Shown here in pieces: positions 1 to 11,262 of a DNA stretch of 64,000 bases (position 1 is its first letter; each line of letters starts with the position of its first letter). The stretch spans positions 62,001 through 126,000 of the forward strand of contig NIVC01001076.1 of assembly GCA_002269645.1 (NCBI GenBank), in the 5' to 3' direction. The position numbers and the translations under genes are program-made. The notes below the pieces were generated by a model that was given only the letters and a program-made list of their open reading frames with translations, was not told where the DNA came from and did no database searches. Source of the DNA: Macrostomum lignano (lineage: Eukaryota).

Positions 1-599
1 AGCTTGGCCGGAGGCAGTCAGTGGCCCGGACAAAAATTTGCTCACTATCTGAAGTTGCTGCACGTACTCGGTGACCTGGCTCACCGAGAGCTCTGCGGAG
101 ACTTCGCACTCGAGGACCTTGCTCCGGACCTCCTGGTTGCTGAGACCGGCGATGAGGCGCATTTTGATCAGCTGCTCAGCTGGATCAACATTCTCGCCCT
201 TCAGCTTCTCGAATTCGCACACCACTGCCTGCTCTTGAAGTCGGGCAGCGAAGCCGGCAACCGTCTCGCCGTCTCCTTGGCGCATGGACATGAAAGCCGC
301 TCTCTCGGCAATCAGCAGCCTCTTCTTGGGCTCCAGAAACCTCACGAGGCACTCCTTGATTTCCGCCCACTTCATCTGCGAGAGCGGTTTGGCGCGACCA
401 GCTGCTTCACTTTGATGAGCTGTGCCACGCCAAGGCAGCCAAGGAAGGCATCGGTCAACGCCAGATTGCCGGCTGTGTCATCAGTGCGATCGGTGTCCTT
501 CACTCCTTTTGACCGCGCCTGGGCGTCAAAGACCTCGATCCAAGCCCGCAACTCTTCAATGTTGTTGAGAGGCAGTGGGTCTCGTAGCTTTATAGACAT
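1..599 (-). pseudogene. Ty3/Gypsy (Mag-like) gag 5' part, with a 1-nt frameshift near 388-392; runs off the window
   Basis: Minus strand reads MSIKLRDPLPL...LIKVKQLVAP, then in another frame PLSQMKWAEIKECLVRFLEPKKRLLIAERAAFMSMRQGDGETVAGFAARLQEQAVVCEFEKLK...IKMRLIAGL, typical of retrotransposon gag. It lies directly downstream of a PBS and LTR. Confidence 0.85.
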
Positions 600-605
600 C
601 TGAAG

Positions 606-623
606 ATCCTGCTTGCGACGCCA
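606..623 (-). other. Primer-binding site (PBS) of the LTR retrotransposon, probably tRNA-Ser type
   Basis: Minus strand TGGCGTCGCAAGCAGGAT. The plus strand ATCCTGCTTGCGACGCCA has the form of a tRNA 3' end (T-arm ATCCTGC, acceptor strand, CCA). The tRNA identity is inferred. Confidence 0.75.
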
Positions 624-628
624 AAAGT

Positions 629-898
629 TGAAATGAACAAGTCATGAGCTGAGAGTATGCGAGACAAGACGAAAGTGCCAAGAGCACCGACAACCAACGA
701 TACAATTTATTACAAGCGAGGTTCAATAGTAGCCACCCCACCCCAGGGCTAAAACACCAACAATGTACATTAAAATCACGATAGAGCAGGGACGTGCAAA
801 GAGCGTGAGCCACGGACCATGAGTACACGCACAGAGTTAAGAACACAAACAATACACTGAGTAAAAGCGCACCCCAACCCCACGCACCAGGCCCAACA
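629..898 (-). mobile_element. 5' LTR (~270 bp) of the Gypsy element
   Basis: Minus strand starts TGTTGGG at 898 and ends ...TTTCA at 629, 5 nt before the PBS. The partner LTR is outside the window. Confidence 0.7.
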
Positions 899-1811
899 GT
901 GTCTATGGTAAATTTTTATAGAAAGTGACTTCGAATTCGTCTGAGTAAGTGAAATTCGTCAGTGCAAATACAGCCTGATCAAAAAAAGTGTTTGCTTTGT
1001 CCATGGTAAGAAAAGGTGTCTAGGTGTCCATGGTAAATTTAAGTAAGAAAGTGAGTGAATTTCGTCTGTGGAAAAGTAGCCCAATTGCCTGAAATCTTCA
1101 TTTCATGCTTTGATTGTTGTCAGAGATGCCCTACATGAGAACAAACAGCCAATGTAACGCACAAAGTCCCGTCAAGCCGACGACTGATTGCCTGCGTTGT
1201 CACAGCAGGAGGAGCAGGAAAATCTGCAACAAGCTTTTGCTGAATTTATTTGAGGGTCACAGTCGGCTTCCCTTCCACATACCTCGTCAACGCCCCGAAC
1301 ATCTCCTCGGAAAACTTTAAGTCTCACTGCACCTCCACGCGCGTTAAGATCAATCCTACTCTCATTAGCATATCTCCTGATGATGTCACTCGCAGTTGTC
1401 ATCTTGATTTCCAGTACAATTGCGAGTTGTCTCTAGTCTCGTCCTTGTTGAAAACATCGCACGAGTCTAGAGCGATCCACAGACGAAATTCTCATGTAGG
1501 GCACCTCTGACAACAATCAAAGCATGAAATGAAGATTTCAGGCAATTGGGCTACTTTTCCACAGACGAACTTCACTCACTTTCTTACTTAAAATTACCAT
1601 AGACACCTTCTTTTCTTACCATGGACAAAGCAAACACTTTTTTTGATCAGGCTGTATTTGCACTGACGAATTTCACTTACTCAGACGAATTCGAAGTCAC
1701 TTTCTCTAAAAACTTACCATAGACACTCATTCTCTTCCCCTTGAGCGCTATATAGTTTTGCATACGCTGACGAATTTGAACTCACTTTTAACGAATCCGA
1801 AGTTGAAAAGG
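899..1811 (-). mobile_element. Internally deleted Tc1/IS630-family DNA transposon with long inverted repeats containing internal direct repeats
   Basis: About 240-bp inverted repeats at 899-1141 and ~1488-1728 contain repeated AATTCGTCWG motifs. A further motif copy lies at ~1768-1790, with a possible end GG|TA at 1811. The core encodes a broken N-terminal HTH: PYMRISSVDRSRLVRCFQQGRD*RQLAIVLEIKMTTASDIIRRY...RGGAVRLKVF, then EMFGALTRYVEGKPTVTLK*IQQKLVADFPAPPAVTTQAISRRLDG. Confidence 0.75.
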
Positions 1812-2879
1812 TATATTAGATATTCCCTAGATAGGCCACTTTGTATTGCGGCAATAGGGAAAGCGCGACCGCTGTTTTTCGTGCGAAAAAAGCCGACGTG
1901 GGTTGCTTAAATTTTGAGTTCAGTAGCTTGGGACATAGACGCTATTTTTGAGAATTTGATAGAACTTGTTATCAATTAAATAAAAAGCTACTCAATCAAA
2001 CTATAAGAATGAAGCATGCACTGCAGAGACTACTGATGAAATTTAGTTCAGTAGCTGATTTTCGCGCTGTGGCGAGTTGCAGAATTCTTCACTTTGGCTT
2101 CTATGGCCACAAAAGTTAATAAGCCCAAGTTAATAGGCCATGAGGTTAATAAGCCGCCTATATCTTGTTTATTTGTGATCTTTGGTCAAACCTGGGTACT
2201 GCAGTATGACGCAAGAGTCAGATGCGTTTACAGCTGAGCTGCTCTGTCCCATGACTCTCATTAACTTAAAAAATCCTCACAAGTGTCGCATCATACTACT
2301 GACATGAGCTGCTAGCTTGATTATGAGCAGATTATAAACGTAAACGAGAGCACACTGACCGCGGCACCATTCAAGATAAATATTGCACTTATAATTACAT
2401 GCATAAAAAGGCAGTTAGTTCTCTGAAAATATTGCCTCCTTAAATCACGAATCGTGTTCTAGCTAAACATGCTTATTCCTCGTGTGCAATAGCTGCGTAA
2501 ACTTTAGCTCATTCAAAGCCCTTCAGGTCAATATCGACTTGCTACAGAGTATGCTTATTTTAATACAGTCCATAGCGTGGCCATCGATTCTTTCCTGCCA
2601 ACAAGGAGGGGATGGTTGTAATGGGGCTGCGAGAAAACACCTGCCCTTGAAAGCGACCATCGACAACTTGGCAGCTGGCCTGGCTACGGTCGGCGCGGCA
2701 ATTACTCGCATGGGGGAACCATTTTTTTAATTTCTCAACCAACTAGCTCGAGTGGACTTGGTAGAAAATGCAAGTGGTGTACCGAATTCCCTGATTACCG
2801 ATTAACCGGTTCTCGATTCACCTACCCGTACATGTACTTATTTACAATTCATATCCGGTTCGCTCCTTGGCCCCGTGCC

Positions 2880-3325
2880 TCTTGCCCCATATCCACGCCA
2901 CGGTCATTAACTGTCAGATTAGTGACTGGGCGGATATCCTGCACCTATGCAGATGGGACGACATTCCCGACTGCTGCCAATCCCGATCGGCAGTGCCCAA
3001 TCTGTCCCTCAAGTTGTTGAGAATCCTTTTGAACCAGAATCGAAAAGATATCCGCGCTCTCACTATGACCTTCACAGGTCACGGTTGCTTTGCCAGGCAC
3101 TGCTTCCTCCGAGGCGTCCGCCGGAGTGAACTCTGCCACTTCTGCAACCTCGAAAATGAAGACGCCAAGCACTTCGTCTGCTACTGCCCGGCCTTCAACC
3201 TGTCCCTGGACAATCCCCGGAAGAAAACATCCCACGGCTCATCCGGTTCCTCCGGGCTACCAAACGAGCCTCCGTCTTCCCCACCAAAGACAACGCTGCA
3301 GACAGGACCGGCAGACCTCCCTGAC
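2880..3325 (+). mobile_element. 3' fragment of non-LTR retrotransposon ORF2 (I/Loa-like clade), C-terminal CCHC zinc knuckle
   Basis: Reads WDDIPDCCQSRSAVP...LLNQNRKDIRALTMTFTGH...LCHFCNLENEDAKHFVCYCPAF and, after a frameshift, PEENIPRLIRFLRATKR. Both are typical ORF2 tail motifs. Confidence 0.75.
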
Positions 3326-3501
3326 CGGCCCCGCACCCTAGCCTATGCAGGCTTTTCAGAGATTAGCGAAATAGGCGACGCCCGCCTCCCCGCTGCGTCT
3401 TCGGACCGTCCTACAGCTATGTCAAGTAAGTCCCTATTCCCGATTTGCCAATAATCGATTCCCAGATTCACCGATTCCCAATTCACCGATTTCCGATTCA
3501 C

Positions 3502-4046
3502 CGCGCCGTACGGCTTTTTCAACGACTCCGAAGCCGCCTCTGCCGATCTCCTCGATCGTCTCCAGCTCACTGGCCGTAATCTCGACGAGTTCTGAAGACT
3601 CGTCGACACTTTGGTATGAAATCTCAGACGGCACAGGATCCGGTACGTCGACCTCCATCTGGGTCTCGAATCGGGTCTGAAAGTCGGAGTTCTCCCTCAT
3701 TTGGCGAGCCCAATACTCCATGCGTCGCTGCTGGTCGTCGCTCTTTTGGTACTCGACGCAGCTTCCCTGCGGCAACGACTGTTTGTAGACCCTGTCGATG
3801 GGGCTGAACTCGTTGATGGTACCGTCCTTGAGCCGGGGCACCCACCTCGGCACGCTTTCGCCATGGACTCGAGCTTGCTCAGCGACCCAGTCCTTGGCTG
3901 CACTCGTCCGCATGTCAGGCGTCCCGTTCTTCTTGTAGTGCAGACCGTCGCCATAGTTACCTCCTGGTGAAGAGATCGGAGCTGGTCTCTGTGAACCGTA
4001 GTTGCCTGCAGAAGCTTGGCTTGATCCAGTAGCTTGCTTGGACGAG
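3502..4046 (-). CDS. Internal exon of a protein kinase gene (MAP2K/STE7-like subdomain I) with an unusual N-terminal region
   Basis: Acceptor TTTTCGCCGCTACAG|C at 4046 and donor G|GTGAAT at 3502. The open frame ends ...VEITASELETIEEIGRGGFGVVEKAVRR (Gly-rich loop resembling MKK3/6 LGRGAYGVVEK). The remaining kinase subdomains were not found in the window. Confidence 0.65.
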
Positions 4047-4504
4047 CTGTAGCGGCGAAAAGATTATTTGAACAACTCTGCAAAATGCGTGTTAACGGAC
4101 TAGTATTCATTTGACAGCTGGACACTGGCACAACCATTTAAATCTTGAAATTCTGAAAGAGATCCTTCAGGCCACAATCTTAAATTACCTTATTCACCAT
4201 TTTTAAATGATCACAGCACCTTACTTCTACTATGCTGGACTATAAGTTAATTATTTAGAAAGCTCATTAGTTAAAAGCGAAATTACTCATTAATTCTCTA
4301 GCACACCTCGCAAAAGATGTGGAAGCTTAACCTGGCAAAGTGCCTGGCCTGGAAAAGATTAGAGCTTAAGCCGCTCTTGACGCGTCAGTCAATTTTTTCT
4401 TGTGTTTCAGTGCCTTGGCAAGAGCCAAATATAGATTATGATGAAAGTCACGCGTGCTGCATGAGGGAAGCGTTATTAAGGGACTTTTTTCACCATTGCT
4501 TTTT

Positions 4505-4682
4505 AGCGCCCCTGAGCATCCAAAGTGGCGCTCCCAAGCACTTCAATGAGCGCCCCTAAGCATCCCACATTGGCGCCCCAAAGCACCCTACATTGGCGCC
4601 CCAAAACGCCCCACGTTGGCGCCCCTAAGCACCCACATTGGTGCCCCAAAGAACCCCACGTTGGCACCCGTAAGCACCCACG
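4505..4682 (+). repeat. Degenerate ~20-bp minisatellite with GGCGCCCC core
   Basis: Units such as ttggcgccccaaagcacccaca are repeated about 8 times. Confidence 0.8.
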
Positions 4683-5859
4683 TTGTCTCTACGGTAATGC
4701 CACGAAGTCAGCTGCCATTGAGCAGACTTTCCACAGTAATTTACTTTAAAAATACTGTGAGACCTATTGGCCTTGCATCCAGATTGAGCCGGGTCGAGGA
4801 GGGCAGGGAGGGTCAAAGAGGGAGTTTGGGGCGAGGCGTCCGCGAGGAACGAAAGGGGATTTTCAAGGAATTAGCATTCGAAATTGGCTCTCTGGAAAAA
4901 ATGTTCCCCATTTCGAAGTTTGAGAGGCATTTCAGCGAGGAGAAGAAAAGCAGAAGAGAAGAGTCTTGCGATGCTTCATCTCTCCCCCAAGCCCCGAACA
5001 GAAGAAGCTGGAAGGACCGCGGGGAATTCACTTTTGAGTTTTCCACATTTTTGCCTTTTGATGCCATTCGATACAAGGCTGAGAAGGCGAATCTCGGCAA
5101 GATTTGCTAATTACTTTGAGAGCTGAAGGCGAGCCTCCGCGGCCTGGGGGTTTCGGGAATAAGAAGACGGCGCTTCCCATAGGGAAAAGTTTAATTATTT
5201 CCCTGAGAAAAATAGCAGATTGCAATATACGAAAAGAAGCTTCAAAAAAAAGAAATTGAAAGGCCAAACAAAAATTACTTAATAGCAGGATCAGAATACA
5301 AAAGTTTCCATATAGCTAAAACAGGCCCAAGGACCGCCAAAAATTCAAGTGACTTGGACTGGACTCCTGCAGTTGGCTTTGAATTTTTCGGACCAATGAG
5401 GGTTGACGGGGGCCACGCCAAAGAAGCGTGATGTTTTATTGCCGACTTGCTATATAGCTGGGCTCACACAGCGCGGAACGGCCCTTCCTCAGCTTGTAAC
5501 AGAGTTTACGGTAGCTGGCTTAGCTAAACGACTTTGTCCTTATTCTATTAATCCGGGATCTCGTCGCTGTAACCGTAAGTCCGCTCTCTAAAGAATTGCA
5601 TATAGCGTCTTGCACATGTAATGCTGTACTACTGGCTATTGAAATCTATACTGCTAACTTGTGCCGCACCCAGGGGCCGTGCGTGGACAGGCGTTCAATG
5701 CTTGATTAGTGAGGGTCAAGCTGATCAGTGATGCAGAGTCATTTTGAGTCTCTGGGCTATTGCATTTCTTGGTCTTTAGGTAGATTTTTTCGGTCATTGT
5801 GTGTCTTGGTCATTTAATTTTGAGTTTTATGACCATCCAGCGTCTCGTTTATAGAGATT

Positions 5860-6255
5860 CTCGGTCATAGAATTAGGTCATAGAGATTCTCGGTCATAGA
5901 TTTAGGTCATAGAGATTCTCGGTCATAGATTTAGGTCATAGAGATTCTCGGTCATAGAATTAGGTCATAGAGATTCTCGGTCATAGATTTCGTTATAGAG
6001 ATTCTCGATCCTAAAGATTCTCGGTCATAGAGTTTCTCGGTCAGAGCTAATCGGATAAAGAAATTTCCAGTCATAGATTCTCGTTCATAAATTTCAGTCA
6101 TAGAGACTCTCGGTCATAGAGATTCTCAGTCATAGAGCTTCTTGGTTATAGAGATTCTCAGTTATAGAGATTTTCAGTCATAGAGAATCTCTGTCATAGA
6201 GCTTCTCGGTCATAATGATTCTCGATCTTGAGGATTCTCGGTCATAGAGACTCTC
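5860..6255 (+). repeat. Degenerate 13/16-bp minisatellite (GGTCATAGAGATTCTC)
   Basis: Directly visible tandem units. Confidence 0.85.
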
Positions 6256-6260
6256 AGTCA

Positions 6261-7203
6261 GAGCTTCTCAGCCACTGAGTTCCCCGGTCATACAGCTTCG
6301 CAGCCACTGAGTAGTTCCTCGGTCATACAGCTTCTCAGCCACTGAGTTCCCCGGTCATACAGCTTCTCAGCCACTGAGTTCCCCGGTCATACAGCTTCGC
6401 AGCCACTGAGTAGTTCCTCGGTCATACAGCTTCTCAGCCACTGAGTTCCCCGGTCATACAGCTTCTCAGCCACTGAGTTCCCCGGTCATACAGCTTCTCA
6501 GCCACTGAGTTCCCCGGTCATACAGCTTCTCAGCCACTGAGTTCCTCGGTCATACAGCTTCTCAGCCACTGAGTTCCCCGGTCATACAGCTTCGCAGCCA
6601 CTGAGTTCCCCGGTCATACAGCTTCGCAGCCACTGAGTTCCCCGGTCATACAGCTTCGCAGCCACTGAGTAGTTCCTCGGTCATACAGCTTCTCTGCCAC
6701 TGAGTTCCCCGGTCATACAGCTTCTCTACCACTGAGTTCCCCGGTCATACAGCTTCTCAGCCACTGAGTTCCCCGGTCATACAGCTTCGCAGCCACTGAG
6801 TAGTTCCCCGGTCATACAGCTTCTCAGCCACTGAGTTCCCCGGTCATACAGCTTCGCAGCCACTGAGTTCCCCGGTCATCAGCTTCGCAGCCACTGAGTT
6901 CCCCGGTCATACAGCTTCGCAGCCACTGAGTAGTTCCTCGGTCATACAGCTTCTCTGCCACTGAGTTCCCCGGTCATACAGCTTCTCTACCACTGAGTTC
7001 CCCGGTCATACAGCTTCTCAGCCACTGAGTTCCCCGGTCATACAGCTTCGCAGCCACTGAGTAGTTCCCCGGTCATACAGCTTCTCAGCCACTGAGTTCC
7101 CCGGTCATACAGCTTCGCAGCCACTGAGTTCCCCGGTCATCAGCTTCGCAGCCACTGAGTTCCCCGGTCATACAGCTTCGCAGCCACTGAGTTCCCCGGT
7201 CAT
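6261..7203 (+). repeat. 32-bp minisatellite (AGCTTCTCAGCCACTGAGTTCCCCGGTCATAC), ~29 copies
   Basis: Near-identical head-to-tail units with a recurring +3 (TAG) variant and no spacers. Confidence 0.95.
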
Positions 7204-8024
7204 TGAAATAGAGCTTCTCAGTCATAGAGTTCCCAGTCATAAGGGATCGTGGAATATTGAATGTTAAACCAGAAGCCAAGCAAACTTATAGAAAGCTCAA
7301 TTTCAAATACCAAACGATCAATTGGTTAGCAAAGTGTACATAGAGAAAATATTGATTAACCTCAAACAAAAGAAAGATAAAATCCAGTATTGTAAATCTG
7401 TTTACTAAATAAATCTATAGATAAATATTCCTTCAGTCAAAAGTTGGGGGGTGAGACGCGCAAGGTACGCTAGCTCTAGTCAAATATTTGTCCGCTAAAG
7501 ATCCATGAAGCCAGGAAATCGCCTCAGTAGGAAAGACAGCACCCTCTCAGGGCTGTGGTGGAGGAGCACAATAGCAAAATGTAAAAAAAGCAGTGATCAA
7601 TGAGCAGTGCCTCACTTCAAGCAACTCCGCTTTTAGAAGAAGCATTCTTTAGCCTGTGCTAAAAGCAGCAGCAAAACAACGAATGCGTAGAAGCGCCTGA
7701 TGGTAAAAAATCTCTTTAGCTGGCTAGCTAGCTGGATGCCTGCTGTGCAAAGCTGAGATCCCCAGATAGTGCGAGAGGAGATCCCAGAGTTTTAGAAGTG
7801 ACAAGTCCCTCCCCCCCCAATACTGTTGGAAAAGTTAGCCAGGAAAATTGTGGGCCAAATATCTTTGCACACCTGGCAACACGATTGGACTAGCTGCATG
7901 GGGCGACAGACTTTGCTCCTGCTGGTAGCTCACACCTCTGGATTATGGCCTGGGTTCCTGTCTTCACCCAAGCACCGATTCGCAAAAAAGTTTTGAAGGC
8001 AATTGTTATTAACTTAAACGCTAC

Positions 8025-8285
8025 CTTCGTCATAGAGGCTAGTCCTACACTGGTCATAAAGAGTAGTCCTGCACTGGTCATGGAGAGTAGTCCTACACTG
8101 GTCATGGAGAGTAGTCCTGCACTGGTCATGGAGAGTAGTCGTCCTACACTGGTCATGGAGAGTAGTCCTTCAATGGTCATAGAGAGTATAGTCCCTGCAA
8201 TGATCATAGAAGTTAGTCCTTCACTGATCATAGAGAGTAGTCCTACAATGATCATAGAAGCGAGTCCTACACTGGTCATAAAGGT
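8025..8285 (+). repeat. 24-bp minisatellite (CTGGTCATGGAGAGTAGTCCTACA)
   Basis: Tandem units; they explain ORFs 7890-8279 and 7945-8313. Confidence 0.9.
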
Positions 8286-8699
8286 TATTAATAAGACAAA
8301 TATACAGCTTTAGACTGTCCATAAATATACGCTCGTAGTACTCATCATATAATCTATTAAAAACATATGTGAGAATGCTTCAAAAGCAGTCTACCTACCC
8401 TTTTGCTTACAATTAAATGAAAGAAACCACTTCAAAAATACTAGAATTTGAAGTAGCGATTCTCCCCTGCCTTCATATCGATCTTTGATGCGCTTAGACT
8501 CTTAAAATGAGTTGATCACGTGATCTAGTCCTTTGTGGTCGGACAGTTTCGGTGGAGAACCGTTTAAAAACTTTCGAAAGACATTTTATTGGTCAGATCA
8601 TAAGGAGTTTTGGCTAAGTTTTACGGCAGTGCCACAGTATTTATTATAGTTTGGCTAGTCCAAAAGTATAAGTATTACACACCTGCTTACATCTTCTTA

Positions 8700-8960
8700 T
8701 TGGGTTTCCCGGTCACTAGATTCCCCGTCATTGAATTCCCCAGTCATTGGATTCCCCAGTCATTGGATTCACCAGTCATTAGATTCCCAGTCATTGGATT
8801 CCCCAGTCATTGGATTCCCAGTCATCGGATTCCCCAGTCATCGGATTCCCCAGTCATCGGATTCCCCAGTCATTGGGTTCCCCGGTCGTTGGGTTCCCCG
8901 GTTCCTTAGTCGTTGGGTGGTTCCCTGTGGTCATAGATTCCTGATCATGGAATTCCTGCT
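8700..8960 (+). repeat. 16-bp minisatellite (TTCCCCAGTCATTGGA)
   Basis: Tandem units visible. Confidence 0.9.
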
Positions 8961-9530
8961 CATAGAAAATGTCTTTTCTCTTTCAGTTAACCCGAAGTTC
9001 ATTTGTGGGTTTCTGTTTCTGATCATAGAGATTCTGTTCACGTAGGTCGCCAAGCTCAAGTCCCTGGATAGTGGAACTGGAATGTCGCAGAGAGGACACA
9101 CGAGCACACCAAGTATCTCTGCTGGCGTTCACGCAAATCCAGTTGAAAACTTTTTTAATCAAATGAGATAAAGATTGGGTTCAACCTGATGATAGGGCAG
9201 GGGGAATGAGATTAGCAGCCGTCAGCGATCCCCAAATCAGAACTCAACTCAAACTCGCATAGCTAGAGACCACGACCGGGGCACAGACAGGTCGCATCCT
9301 GCGTTGAGAGGGGACAGAGCGATCCAAATTAATTAACCAAAACTGAATGGTCAGAGGGGTGGAGGCTGAGGCTGGCGGACTCTGCAATGAGATCTATGAA
9401 CTGTGGAGAGTTCTGCAGAGACAGATAAACGAATATTAAACAACAGGGTATCAAAGTTCTAGCACTGAAGACTCATTCTGAACTTGAATCAATTTCAAAC
9501 AACTAAAAGAAGCGCGAAGGTTGAGGTTAA

Positions 9531-9872
9531 GATATGGTAGAGGTGTGCTGAGATAGATATGGGGTAGAGGTGTGCTGAGATAGATATGGGGTAGAGGTGT
9601 ACTGAGCTAGATATGGGGTAGAGGTGTGCTGAGATAGATATGGGGTAGAGGTGTGCTGAGATAGATATGGGGTAGAGGTGTGCTGAGATAGATATGGGGT
9701 AGAGTTGTGCTGGGATAGATATGGGGTAGAGGTGTGCTGAGATAGATATGGGGTAGAGGTGTGCTGAGATAGATATGGGGTAGAGGTGTGCTGAGATAGA
9801 TATGGGGTAGAGATGTGCTAGCTAGATATGGGGTAGAGGTGTGCTGAGATAGATATGGGGTAGAGCTGTGCT
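9531..9872 (+). repeat. 27-bp minisatellite (GATATGGGGTAGAGGTGTGCTGAGATA), left arm of an inverted pair
   Basis: About 12 units; the reverse-complement array lies at 10735-11262. Confidence 0.95.
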
Positions 9873-10734
9873 GATCGAGACAGATGTATAGACGGGCAGA
9901 GGTGTGACACGAAATTCCGAGAGATGAGTGAGTCAACTGCTCCAGATTCCAGACAGCCGTCTCAGATGCCCCATGCGGCCTCATCGCAGAGTCCGGCTTG
10001 AGTTTCCCTATGTGTGTGCACAAGATATCATCAATACGTGACGAACGAATAGCCTAACTTTCCTGATATCAGTTTGCAAGCTGGAGTGGAAAATGTGGTG
10101 AGGGGGATTTGGCTGGCAAACACTTTATGGCTTTGGTCGAAATTGCCTCGGACTGCTTGCAGCTTAAAGAGAGAGAGGCGGAGGGATGCGCTAGCCAGAG
10201 TGCAAAGGGGAAGAGAGTGGAAGAATGGGGAGTTGGCGTGTCAAAAAGTTCAAAAATCTGTCTGTCTATCGATGAATTCTGAACTGGAAAGTCCTTCTGC
10301 AATTTTACTCGTAAAAACAAAAGTAGATTTTATAAGATCTTAAATCGGTCTTCAAAACATTAGGTTATAAAGTTGTTTAAATAAAAAACAAATCAAGATA
10401 GCCTAGCCTACGTTCTTGACCAGATATCATGGTAAAAAATTCTTCCATATTCCGGCGATAGTTTTCGGTTTCCACTTTCAGCCAGAACGTCTTTGCAATG
10501 CGCAGTCAGCTACTGTTCAATGTTTTTACACGTGCTGCCCTGATGGATGCAGAGGTGGGAGTGAGCCCAGAATCCGCGCTTCATTCGGCAGTGACTGACA
10601 GCCGCTGTAGTTCGGGAAAGGCAGAGGGGTGCAGGAATCTTTGGGATTCCCGTCAAGCAGTTTTTTACACTCACTTTGCCTCCATCTGCATTTTTTTGCA
10701 GAGAAATTTGGTAAAAATACTGCGCTATTGAAAA

Positions 10735-11262
10735 TCCTCTACCCCATATCTATCTCAGCACACCTCTACCACATATTTATCTCAGCACACCTCTACCCCA
10801 TATCTACCTCAGCACACCTCTACCCCATATCTAGCTCAGCACACCTCTACCCCATATCTATCTCAGCACACCTCTACCCCATATCTATCCCAGCACAACT
10901 CTACCCCATATCTATCTCAGCACACCTCTACCCCATATCTATCTCAGCACACCTCTACCCCATATCTATCTCAGCACACCTCTACCCCATATCTAGCTCA
11001 GTACACCTCTACCCCATATCTATCTCAGCACACCTCTACCCCATATCTATCTCAGCACACCTCTACCCCATATCTACCTCAGCACACCTCTACCCCATAT
11101 CTATCTCAGCACACCTCTACCCCATATCCATCTCAGCACACCTCTACCCCATATCTATCCCAGCACAGCTCTACCCCATATCTATTTCAGTACAACTCTA
11201 CCCCATATCTATCTCAGCAAACCTCTACCACATATTTATCTCAGCACACCTCTACACCATAG
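10735..11262 (-). repeat. 27-bp minisatellite, right (inverted) arm
   Basis: About 19 units of CCCCATATCTATCTCAGCACACCTCTA, the reverse complement of the 9531-9872 unit. Confidence 0.95.

Noticed and set aside
4-603. 199-aa plus-strand ORF
   Set aside because: Antisense shadow of the gag coding region.
4616-5110. 164-aa ORF and antisense MGNIFS-containing ORF
   Set aside because: The ORF begins in a repeat, has no recognisable domain and has no convincing splice link to the kinase exon.
6261-7203. CRISPR-like 32-bp repeat with internal hairpin (CTCAG-CCA-CTGAG)
   Set aside because: Units are head-to-tail with no unique spacers, there are no cas genes, and the context is eukaryotic.
7440-7480. 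Possible Helitron 3' end (...CTAGT)
   Set aside because: The hairpin is too weak and no 5' TC end or Rep/Hel fragment was seen.
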